DNA of 64,000 nucleotides. Source: Balanoglossus misakiensis (taxonomy: Eukaryota > Animalia > Hemichordata). The stretch is taken from contig CM082591.2 of the NCBI GenBank assembly GCA_040954595.2, positions 3,891,957-3,955,956 on the forward strand, given 5' to 3'. Below the pieces are notes generated by a model. That model did not search any database. It saw nothing but the letters and a program-made list of their open reading frames with translations, and was not told where the DNA came from. Within the stretch, counting starts at the first letter, position 1. The number at the start of each line of letters is the position of its first letter. Made by a program: the position numbers and the translations under genes. Positions 36,112 through 48,209 of the stretch are shown here, piece by piece.

Positions 36112-39100
36112 CTACGAAATTGCGATGGGTTCTGTGAGATTGACCCATGGTGACCAGACGCCCCCGTGCAACCGGGGATCGGCTTTGGGATCATTTGGTG
36201 GAAACCATGGCGACACCGCTGTAGCGTTGTACCGGTCGAGCCGCGATAACATCATTGCAACAATGTCTGTTCAAATGGTAAAGAAAGTTGGGAAAATCAG
36301 GAGCAAGAGTAAGATGTTTAAAACGCTAGTGACCTAGAAATATGATCCCAATGACCTGTTACATGAACAAGACATATAGGCATATATGAAATGTTTGTAG
36401 ATGACTTGACTACATACCGGTACATTGATTCTTCCCCCCCTCCCCCTCCCCCATAAAAATGTTCTGAAGCATTCTGTAGATTTTGTCATTTCTATAGAAT
36501 TCCATATAAATAGGGTTCAAAACTACATCTGTAGAAATTCTATAAACTTCCACACCAATTCTGCAGGCTATAGAATTCTATAGACACCTATGGAATGTTT
36601 GTGTAAGAGATGAATTGATTACATACCTGGATACTTATCAGCGAGGTTGAGATATTCACAAGGGTCGTCCCGGATGTTATACAAACATGGCTTTTTTGCT
36701 GGCTGACAGTTTGTTGACGCGTTGGCGGGTTTGCGACCGCACTTGACCACTGCTGCCCTCACATCATGATTAGACAGGTCAGAGGTGTCTGCTGGCAAAA
36801 AGAAAATGATTCATAAAGGCTGTGTTTGTACACTGCAGTGGGAATTACCATGATCATATAAATATAAATGTTTTTGATTCATTGATTGATTGATTGATCA
36901 TGCTTTAGGCAGTTGACTTAGAAGTTAACTGCAGATGACATGCATGATTAACAAGCATTAGCCAAAAATTATTGTGAACTAATGGAGCTCTTAAGCCCTA
37001 TTAACTCTAACTTTTGGCCATTTTTTTTCAATATTTTTCTCCCATGTATATTTGGATAGGACGTTCAGCACATACAAAATTACCTACGTGCAGATAAGAC
37101 AATCTCGGCCTTTTAAGGGAGCACACAATTCCTGTAGGCCCTACTCCGATTTTTCCCCTACCTGTTACTTGCTCTGGTTGATACCAACCATCCCATAATC
37201 CCTTGTAGGCACGACCGAGAATGATTTTATAATTTCCAACTCTGAGGGCGGCCGACTTTTGGATTGGATCAATGTTGTGTAGGATTTCAGTCCTTGGAGA
37301 TGGTTCGTCCCTGAAATAACACCAGAGGATCATGGGAAGAGCATTCAATCACAAATCGCGACTTTGCATGTACATTTGCTGAAATCACTCTATCGAATCA
37401 GAGTGGCTTTCTATAGAGTGACACTGTGTATGATTCATTCTGTATTACAACACACCTCATCTGTAACCTGAGTTGTGATTCGCCAATGTGCAGACAGTGG
37501 GGTGCGTCAAGGGATTGCAGAAGAAAATGTTTTCCTCTGCACAATCTGCTAATAAATCTCCCCCCCCCTCCCCGGAAAACAAATGGTTCTCCCCTAACCT
37601 AGACAAAGCGTTCCAGACACTCATCCCATCCAGGTTGTCCGGCAAGTCGGAAGATTCGCCGCCGGCAGCGTGGTAGAGGGTCGGTAACCAGTCACAGACA
37701 TGGACCATTCCGCGCTGGATTATTCCGGGCTTCTCCAGCAGTGGGCTGTGAACGAATCCGGCACCGCGAACCCCGCCTTCCCAGAGAGTGGCTTTGACCC
37801 CCCGGAGTGGCCAGTTGGAGGCGTAGTTCCTGTTGAACCCGGCTGCGGGGCCCCCGTTGTCGGTCGTGAAGACGATGACAGAATTGTTGTAGATTCCTGT
37901 TTCTTTCAAAGTCTTCGTAATGTTCCCAACCGAGTCGTCCAAGGCAGATGCCATAGCTTTAATGATAAAACACAAATATTGCACTCACTACCCAGCTTGG
38001 AAGAAAACTCCCAAATGACATCATAGGTCACCTAGGGGTCAGTGTCAAAAGGTTCCATTGCACTCCCATTTTGTGAAATTTGTCATACACACAATTCGCA
38101 TGAACCATTTGCTGCAATATATTCTTGGAATTATAAATTCAATCTGCCCATACCGGTACTTATTTGTCAAAATTTTCCATTCGACAGCAATTCAAATGAT
38201 CCAAAATATAAACGCATTGTCTGCTTCGACGGAAAAGTGGTTTTATCAGTCGCTATAGTTACCTGCGAACATTTTTCTGTTTTTGTCTTGAATATGAGGA
38301 AATCTCTTGATGTACTTCTCGGGAGCCTCCAGTGGTCGACTGGGATTGGCACTGTGAACGGCTAAATGAGCTAAATAGAGGAATAATGGCTGGGGGAGGG
38401 AGGGGGAGGGAGGGGGAGGGAGGGAGGGAGGACAGAGACACAGAGACAGAGACAGAGATTAGATCTGAGAAGCAAGATCTTTTGTGATCATAATTACTTT
38501 TATGTGCTTATTTCACATTCTCTCAGTCAAAACAAATTAGAACATGCTGAATTAATAAAAGCAAATTCAATATCATCTGTCAGTATTTCATCAGCCATTT
38601 GTAAATATAAGGTAAGACACACTGCTATTTCTCACCTTTTCATTATTTTGTCTTAAGATGTCTTCAACTTTGGCCGTGAATAATTCTGTGGTATATTGCC
38701 CGTCCCATGAGTGTGACACACTGATATTGTCCCGTAAATCGTAGCCCATGTACTCATTCTGTAATTAAATTCCCTTTTCATCACATCTCCACATAATTCC
38801 TGCCATATTATTTAAATGTTAAAGAAAAATGAGTTATCAGTTCTGTAATGTATAAGCAACATGATTTTCAGATTTTACCATACCAAATGAACTTCTGCTA
38901 CAGAAAAATCTGATTGGTGGATTCTCACCTCTAAGGTCATGTGATCAAAGTAATCTTCTTTTCCATTGTAATAACCAAAGTAGGAATCGAATCCACGAAA
39001 TGTTGGAGTGTACTGCCAGGCAAAGAACCCAAGATGCCACTGTGAAGACAAAAATAGACAAAAAATATGCAAATAATTTTTTTTATTGCGCAAACCATAG

Positions 39101-40308
39101 CCACCAAAAGTAGTAACCATATCTTATCAAAATAAAATATGCAAATAACACATACATAAATTATGCAAATCATTATCACCAGCAGACAGAGTTAATGAAG
39201 ACATTGCAGTTGATGATTGGTGAACTTTGTCACTAACGTAAAAAAGTCCAGATAATGAAATCTGGAAATTCTCCCTCATTGTAGTTGTTACCTTGCCAAC
39301 CATGTGGGTCGAATATCCCAATTTCTTGAAATATTGTGGGAAGATGGTTTCGTTCAATGGGAGACCAGATGGCATGGCACCCATGATAACATCATGCTGA
39401 AGACCTGAATGGAAAAATATGACCAAAAGTATAAGGGTCAACAGGAACTTCATGGTGTAAACATTTTGGCCAATGTCTTCGGTCTATCATTTCAAAGATG
39501 TACATAATGATTTGACATTTCCAAGATGTTTAACCAATATATCTACCTGATCTATAAGAATCATATTTATTTCTAATCTTTCCTGACCTTGGTACCATAG
39601 AAAACAATAGGTTTGGACTGAACCATGGTGGTGAAAGGGTTAAAGATGTGCAAAGACTATTGACTCTTACCAAGATGTATGGGATGTCGTCCTGTCATCA
39701 AAGCAGCTCTGGTGGGTGTACAGATCGGCTGCACGTAGTAGTTGTGTAATATGACACCACTGTAAGCCAAGGCGTCAATGTTTGGAGTTGGAATCTGGTC
39801 GGAACCATGGAAACTCACATCGTCCCAGCCCTGGAAACAGAAAATAGAAATTACTGGGTCTGCATTTACCTGACCACACCGTAAATGCCTCTATTTTACA
39901 TATGCCCATGTATGGAAAAATGGGCGTGTGGTGGCGCACTTTTTCTCGTGGCCTCAATTATAAGTTGCAATTGTAACAATCTGTCATTTCATTGGCTAGA
40001 TCTTAACTCACCATATTGTAACTTCGTTTCGCCAAATTTGCATATTGTCACTGAATACCTGCTCATGTCAGGGGGGGGGGGCGTGGTCACAGGTGGGCGT
40101 GGTGGTGTATTTATGACCAACTGTGAAACTGATGCATATAGGATCATATCGTGGCGTAGCTCAGTGTGTCACTTACCAGATCATCGGCGACGATGAGGAT
40201 TATGTGTGGTCTTGTTGTCTTCCCATGTGCACAGCAAGCCACGAATGTAAACATCAATAGCACGGCTTTGAAAACACCATCACGTAACGATAACATTTCA
40301 CCAATCAT
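36112..40308 (-). CDS. ARSB: Arylsulfatase B/I/J-like sulfatase, copy 1 (signal peptide, multi-exon)
   Basis: [11 protein letters not shown]|[19 protein letters not shown]...[12 protein letters not shown] (formylglycine motif), GK|[46 protein letters not shown]; last exon ends [16 protein letters not shown] at stop 36112. Symbol denotes family, not proven orthology. Confidence 0.88.
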
Positions 40309-40915
40309 TCTTTTGCATAGACTATGTATTGTACGTATCAGATGATTTGTCACTTATTAAGTTATTTCATAGATGCCGGTCGATGTTGATTTGCATCTGC
40401 CAGTTTGGGGGAGTTTCCCTCAGGGATATATGGACACCCAAAGCACAGGAAATCTGGCACAACAGATCAAGTGATGCAGCGTTCCTCATGTCATCCGCAT
40501 CACATGCCCCAATCAGCTGACGTGATATCAACACACTAAGTGAAAGGTAAACAAACTTTCACCCAAGCGCCATCACTGCAAGTAATTTTCGTTTACTTTG
40601 TTTTTTTCTGGGTAGCTGGCCTACACAAGCACATGCGCAGATGAAAGCACCAGATCATACAAAACAAAACAAAACAAAACAAAATTCCAAGAAACCCATT
40701 GAATATACACATTTATTATTACACCATAGATATACCAGAGGTCAAGTCTGGGAACCATTTCTACAAAATAGGTTGTCAACAAGTTGAGGGGGTTTCAGTA
40801 AATCTTGCCTTCAGAATTTTAATACATCACTTTTTGTTCTCAGTAAACGAAATGTCTGATTTGAATGTTCGGGCAACAGCCCCTCCCCCTCCCACCCCCT
40901 TTCCCAATTTTCCAT

Positions 40916-41059
40916 CTACAGGTCCTGCTGATCCACCCACGGCATCCAAGTGTTGTTGTGAAGTGTGGGATCTGCCCGTGGATCAGCCGGTTCAACCCAC
41001 GGTTTCAATGCAGTGGAATTATACATGTCCAGCTTTGCAAGCAAATTCTCGAGAATGTC

Positions 41060-41106
<47 letters not shown>

Positions 41107-41154
41107 ATATTTAAATAAAAATAAATAAATAAATAAATAAATAAGTAAATAAAA

Positions 41155-41213
<59 letters not shown>

Positions 41214-44200
41214 AAATATTCTAAACACCCTTTCCAGTCCCTGCCACATAGAACCTAATGTATGAAGAACCTCTAGACACTTCTTCAAATTGAAGTTTCT
41301 TCAGCCCCTTTGGCGTCCATTTTAAACATTTCTTTTTCTTTCAAGTTTGTTACAGTTCATATAAATCTCAGATAGATATATTCTATAAATCTGACACTTT
41401 ATCCATGAAGTCTAAGACAGTGTCTTACCTGGATGTTGATCAGCAAGATTATAATACTCGCAAGGGTCATCTTTGATATTATACAGACATGGCTTTGTCA
41501 TATTACAGTTCGTACGAGCCTCTGGGGGTACCGGTTCACAGTGGATAACCACTGCCTTTGGATCTGTAGAAATTTTCTTAGATTTTGAGTGTCGATGCAA
41601 TCCCTTATCAGACCCTGTTGGAGAAAACACAAACAAAATTACCGATACAGACCAAAACAGGAATTTGTATATGAGCATATTTTTGTAAGTAAACATACAG
41701 ACTAGTAAACAATGCAAGCAAATCAAAATCACTCCAAAAGATAGTGACTGCATGTACCCCTGCAGCAGATGGTGATGTGACAATATGTAAATTGACCTCA
41801 GAGATTTGCATCTTACCTGAGGTCAGCCTAGGGGGCGCGAACCAATCGCTTGTATTTTCGCCAATGATGACTTTGTAGTCGCCAACCCGCAAAGCAGCAT
41901 TTGCATAAATTGGATCAATGTTGTGAAGGATCTCGGTCCTTGGAGAAGGAACGTCACTGCAAGAGAAATACAAAATATACAGATATATGTAGGGCTGAAT
42001 ACTGTTAGACATGAATTAAACTTGCCAGTATAACCATATTTCACTTATAAAACCCTTCTATAGATATCTAAAATTTCTTTTGATATTTTTTTTTATTTTC
42101 ATGGATACCTATAGATTTCTGTGTAATTTACTATTGAATTTTACGTAAACATCACTTAAAATTCAAACCTTGATATCGTATCCCACATATTGAGTCCGTC
42201 CAAATTATGCAAATCAGACACGTTGCCCCCGGCGATGTGGTATAAAGTCGGCAGCCAATCAGAGACATGCATCATCCCCGTACACACTCTCTTTGGTTTT
42301 TCCAGAAAGACGCTGTGCACCAACGCGTCCCCTCTCACGCCACCCTCCCAGAGGGTGTTTTTGGTTCCTCGTAAAGGGGTGTTGAAGGATTCGCACTTTT
42401 CCGAAGGTCCTCCGTTGTCGGTCGAGAAGATGATCACCGAGTCTTTGTAGAGACCGGCTTCTTTCAGTGCCCGGGTGACGTTTCCGACAGACTCATCCAA
42501 TGCTGACACCATTCCTAGTAAAAGTGGAAATTCAGATATATACCTCCATTAAAGGGACATTAGATGCTGCTCTTTTTGCATACTTTTAAATCAGTATGCT
42601 ACTTCACGGTTCAATCTCACCTATCATTAATTGACAGACAACACCATGTTGGGATTCAAATACCCATATGCACATACTACACAAGTTGTGTACTCTGGCT
42701 GAATAAAAGGGTGTGGCACCTGTTTATTATTTAACCTGTTCATATGTAAATGTACAGCCACAATCAGAGATTGATAATATGTGTGTGTATGACCATAAGT
42801 CAGATCATTTAAATGGACCAGTGTAAGTTTGAAGTTTAATAATAAGGGAATCTGAAAAATAGTGTCAATGACACTGTGGCTCCATTTCGATCAGAACCCA
42901 GCCATTGCCAAAGCTGACTCACCAGCATATGTCCGTCGTCTCTCATCCAGTATGTACGGAAATCTGCTTGTGTACCTGTAAGGTGCTTCTAGTTGGTTGT
43001 TATTGGAGTAGTGCACGGCTTGTTGGGCAAAATACAGAAACAATGGCTGAAAGAAATAGTAGGTAGCCCCATCACAACTTAGCAAATGATATTAACATTT
43101 TCAGAGATAGTGTGATGTCATCTCAGTTGATATTACATAAGTACTGCTCTCAATTTCGAAAATGAGTATAACAAATTAATCTGTTAAATCCATCTTACTA
43201 TATCTATTTCTTTTATTGACATGCTCTTCAAAAAAATGTCACGTTCAAAATTTATCGGATGTTTACCTTGTCAGGGTCATGCTTTCTGATGATTTTCTCA
43301 GCATGCGACGTAAACAGTTCAGTGCTGTATTCACCGAACACTGACCTTTTGACAGTGAGGTCATGTCGCATGTCAAAACCCCAGTAATCTTTCTGGAAAA
43401 AAAAGAAAGAACAAAATGCAACTTGCAATTTTCAATATTACTTATAGGAGAGCAAATGAAGCTCATTATTCATGGTTATTGGATCTGGTGTACAGTGATG
43501 AGGGCACTGTTCAAATGGCAGTTCAAATTTGAATTTGCGTGGTGTTTTTTTCTAAATCAATAAGTCAGTACATGTCAGGCATCGACTTTAAGCTTACATA
43601 GCAATTTAGACGAAGTGAGAATCAAAAATTGAATATCCCGTGAATCTGCATATAAAAGCACCACTGCGAATTTCACGGTGTGTCCAGATTGTACTCACCC
43701 AGTGTGTGAAGTGTGTGTAGTAATCCTGATGGCCGAGGTAGAATCCATAATGCGAATCAAATCCACGAAAGGTTGGTGTGTACTCCTTGGCAAAGAAACC
43801 CAAATGCCACTGTGGGAAAGATGGACCAAAAGATGAGATGCTAGCGTAACTCATAGACCAAATTCAACCAAAAACACCTTCCCATTTGTCCATGTACTGA
43901 GTGCATCCTTACCTTCCCCACTAGATGAGTGGAATATCCCAGTTTCTTCAAGTAATCAGCCAGGGTGGTCTCATTCAAGGGTAAGCCTACCGCCTCATCA
44001 GGGGTGATCACAAAGTGTTGCAACCCTGAGGGACAAGATATCGTAATGGATGATTCACACTCACTGCTGTTTTTCACGTCCTCACTGATCATGCACGAAA
44101 AAATTGTTGTATTTATTTGGATTTGAATATGGTCCAGTAACAATTCTTTTTACTGATTTACCATAGGCTACAGAACTGGCCGCTACAGACAGGTGGGACT

Positions 44201-44940
44201 ATAGCTGTAGAAAAACACAATCTGGTTGCCAACAAGAGACATGGTACCAATCAGCTCATGCATACACTGAGCAGCTCTACATGATTTTTCAACAATGAAA
44301 ACGTATGCTTGCTTATGCTATACACTAAGCAGGACATTTCATGCATGAATTTTATCACCAGATTCTGTCAATATCATACAATTTGTGCATAAGGTGAAAC
44401 ATGAGAACCAAAACACCATAACAAAAATATGCTTGTTTTGTTCGTGTTATTTTTTTTTCGTGCACTTACCAGTATGGATGGGATATTTGCCGGTCAACAA
44501 CGCTGCCCTTGTCGGTGTACACAAAGGTTGCACGTAGTAGTTGTGTAATATGACACCACTGTAAGCCAAGCCGTCTATGTTTGGAGTGGGAATCTGGTCG
44601 GAACCATGGAAACTCACATCATCCCAGCCCTAGGGAGATATTTTCAAGGGAAAAAGAAAGATTCACTAACTCATGGTACATGTTTTGGACCAGTTCTTCA
44701 GAATGTTGCAAACAATAACTTTTTTTTTACTCACACGATTGTGATTGGTAAAAATCACAGGTAAAATCATACATTCCGTGCAATTATTAAGTTTTGAGAC
44801 ACACTGATAAAAAAAGACGAAAAACTCACCAAGTCATCTGCCAGAATGAATATGATATGTGGTGGTTTTGAAGGTGCTGAGAAGACGGTCCCGTAACACA
44901 GGCAACAGATGAGGCAAATTATCCTCTTCATCATCGTCAT
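40916..44940 (-). CDS. ARSB: Arylsulfatase B/I/J-like sulfatase, copy 2
   Basis: [17 protein letters not shown] signal, [60 protein letters not shown]; last exon ...[19 protein letters not shown], stop 40916. Same exon layout as copy 1. Confidence 0.88.
41059..41220. repeat. (AAAT)n microsatellite
   Basis: Directly visible, with a few interruptions. Confidence 0.97.
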
Positions 44941-46310
44941 GCCAACCGAAGACTGAATCCTGTTTAACCCTGTTTTTTCATACATACAGAATTAATATTG
45001 CGCATCGAACAAGATGTTTTTATGCTACACATCACATTGTTCAGCTTCCACCCTATGCAAATTTAGCCACAGTTACCATGGAAATTTAACATCTGGCCAA
45101 TCACAGAAGTTCAGTGGGCAGGCTTGCTAACATTGTGCGCATGATCACATGGTCATTTGAAGATTTGAGAATGCTCTTTTGACCATATATGGGCATATGT
45201 AAATAAGAGGTGGGCGTATGGTGCTACACTGAAAGACGAGTCTTTCATTGGGCGTCCACGTAACCTCGGCAACGGTTAAAATACCACAGCCTGTGGTGAA
45301 TACTGTGGGACTTTGGTATAATTAGTTACAACTTCAACCTACCTATCCAGGAGCGAGCCAGCCAACAGTGTACACACTCCCGTGCGGACAAACTTTCTTT
45401 GGAACGATATACGTATATTTGGAGTAATTACTCACAACAAGTGGTTGTGGATTTTGATATATTAGGGGGCGTCGTTCGCCACGAATCTGTCAATATGATC
45501 AAACACGCACAACACATATTGGTTTAGAAAACGAAAATAAATCACAGCTGATCTGACAGAATGTTGTGACCCGGGCCGGGGTCAGGTCATAACCCTAGGT
45601 CGTGACCTTGGTATGTAGCGCCAACATATGGTGATCTATACAACAACTTTTGTTTTCATGAAAGATATGCAAAAAGAAACGAAGTACTCAGTACAGTCTA
45701 TAAGAAATTTGCTCATGATTAATATCAGAGCTTTCTTTTTGCAAGACATCACTAGTATACAGCCAGGTAACAGTCAGGCTAGGTTGAAATGATCATTCAG
45801 AAACATCACGTCCTTGAAACAAATTTTATTCAACACCTCTAAGAGATTATGTACAGAAAAAAAAGTCACACTATATACATGTATTTGCCACTGATGGCAA
45901 AGCCTGACCAAAGTTCTGTTCAGAATAAAAAACAAAAGTATGACCTTGTTACTTGTACTCATGATGCAAAGTTGTGATAAGTTCATGTTTAAACTCGACC
46001 CAGGTCTTAAAACTGTCAAGTTCTGCAAAGCAGTGGAGTCTCCTAAAGGTGTTGAGATGGGCCTGCTGTCCTAGTCAGTGACCTGCACTAAGCAACAGGC
46101 AAAACCACTTTCGTAATAGCATGACGAAGAATATGCTGATAAATGCAGTTGTGTGTCTCATGGATAGCTTAAAAGCATCGCATGTTGTTTTAGTTTCCAT
46201 TTTACACTGTAAGTGAAGAAGTGTTCACTCTGTATACGTGATAGGCCACGTTCACTAATAGATGTTTCATGGGTGCCATGTCAGGGTTTGGTACAGCAGA
46301 CGGTTCCTTC

Positions 46311-47446
46311 TTAAGATTCCAGGGTCTCCTTGTCAAACATGTATTCACCAAACCCAGCGCCGACCCGCTTCAAGTTGGTGACGTGGTCGGACAGCTCCTT
46401 GATGGCGTCCACCTGCTCGGTCAGATACTCGCTCTCGATGAAGTCGCACATCTGGAAGGTAACCATAGCAACCATTTAAAGTTTGGGACACTTAAACAAA
46501 AGTTGTTGTTTACAGTAAATTGATCTAAGAGATTTGCCACTGTTTATTAAAATGGTAATTTTTCATATTCAAGTCATTCAAAATTTCACTGAGTTTCTAT
46601 AATTCGTTCAAATTCAGGAGTGTGCAAACTGCAAACCCAGTCAATCAGAAATCTGCCTGTATAATATAATGTACCTGAGCATCTCCGTGAGAGTCAGCAA
46701 TCTTGTGCAAGTCGAGCAAGGCCTGGTTGACATTCTTCTCCAGGGCCAGTGCAGCTTGCATGGCATCCAATCCAGAGCCCCACTCATCACGTTCGGGCTT
46801 GCTGATGTTCTGCAGGACGATGCGACCACCACGTTTGTTCTGGAACTTCATCAGCTTCTCGGCGTGTTCACGCTCTTCCTCGGATGACTTCTTGAAGAAC
46901 TTGGAGAAGCCGGGCAGGGCTACATCGTCACGGTCAAAGTAAAAGGCCTGGGTGATTGAGAGAAGTAATAAGTAGAATAGTATTCAATATTAATCTGTCA
47001 GTGCAAGCTGTGCATATGTGTGCAATATGTATAATATGTGTAATGACTCCAACATGTTTTAATCCATATTAAAATGTTCACATGTTAACTTTATTGGCAG
47101 TGTGATGTGCAAGTCATTCTTATACGTCATCATCACGGGACCGGGGGTCGAACGTCTGGGGGCGTGGTCACACCCAGCTCTGCGTACATGTCGATTTCAC
47201 TCTCGCACCATCCATGAATCTGTGCCTGCTCACTCACTCGAACCACAGGAACATGCACATAAAATTATTGAAACGAAGCCTTGAGACTAGCGCACATATT
47301 TCCGGATATGTTATCTACAATACGAACGCTATATCACTTACCATGGAATGGTAGACATAGCTGGCGTACAGTTCCAGGTTGATTTGCTTGTTGACACCGG
47401 CCTCACTTTCGGAGTGGTAGTTTTGACGACACTGGGAGGTGGCCAT
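46311..47446 (-). CDS. FTH1: Cytosolic H-type (soma) ferritin 4, 172 aa, 3 exons, inverted and about 34 kb from the cluster
   Basis: Exons 47446-47342, 46947-46675, 46451-46311; nearly identical protein to ferritins 2 and 3. PolyA signal (TTTATT on +) at 45825-45830. Confidence 0.95.
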
Positions 47447-47514
47447 TTTTGTTGGTGGTGTTGTAGTTTGGTGGATGTAATGGAATTTTAGCGGTGAAAA
47501 ATTTAAGGGCTAGA

Positions 47515-47550
47515 GTTGTATCGTTCAAACACTGTTGAAGCAGAGACAAC
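47515..47550 (-). promoter_or_regulatory. Canonical iron-responsive element in 5' UTR of ferritin 4
   Basis: Minus strand GTTGTCTC-TGC-TTCAA-CAGTGT-TTGAA-CG-ATACAAC; fully Watson-Crick upper stem. Confidence 0.95.
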
Positions 47551-48209
47551 GTCTAGAACAATATGGCGCAGCCTGTGACGAACGATGAAATAAACGTTCC
47601 CAAGCTGTTCCATTTTGTGACAGTACCCTCACATAATCGACAATTGTCTTTCATTTATTTCTATGAAGGGAGTGATTTATTTCCCGTAGAATTTAAAGCA
47701 ATGTTGCTTGATTTATGTTGTCATCTACAGGACTTCAAAAATCACATTCTTGAGATGGAAAGGTTGGCAATAACGTAATAATATTTCATGATTTACGGAC
47801 ACTAATAACTTGGAACAGCTATTAGACTTATGGTACGGATAGTTTGATTGGACTACATAAAAGTAGCCATGATTGGCTTAGGATGACAACATGGTCAGCT
47901 AAAATGCCAATGCGTAATGACAGGAGCCGTTTTATCTTGCACAAAATCAACATTAGGAGTTCTTACAGTCATTGCTTTACAAAACTAAACAAGACAGACA
48001 CAATAATAGGATGAGTGAATTACTGAAAAAAAGTTTTATTGCACCAAACCATACATCTCACTTTATATTTTATACAACATGTCTTTTCTCTGCAAAGATT
48101 CAATACAAAAAAGCATCTGAACTTCGTCACCCATGGTGGGGGACATTTTCAATGCTCAACCTGCATTGGCAAATTTATCTGATCAGTCTACTTAAAGTGA
48201 CAGAAATTC

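Noticed and set aside
36112-41430. Arylsulfatases apparently lacking C-termini (possible pseudogenes)
   Set aside because: Terminal exons missing from the ORF track were found by hand (about 36266-36112 and 41058-40916) and are in frame.
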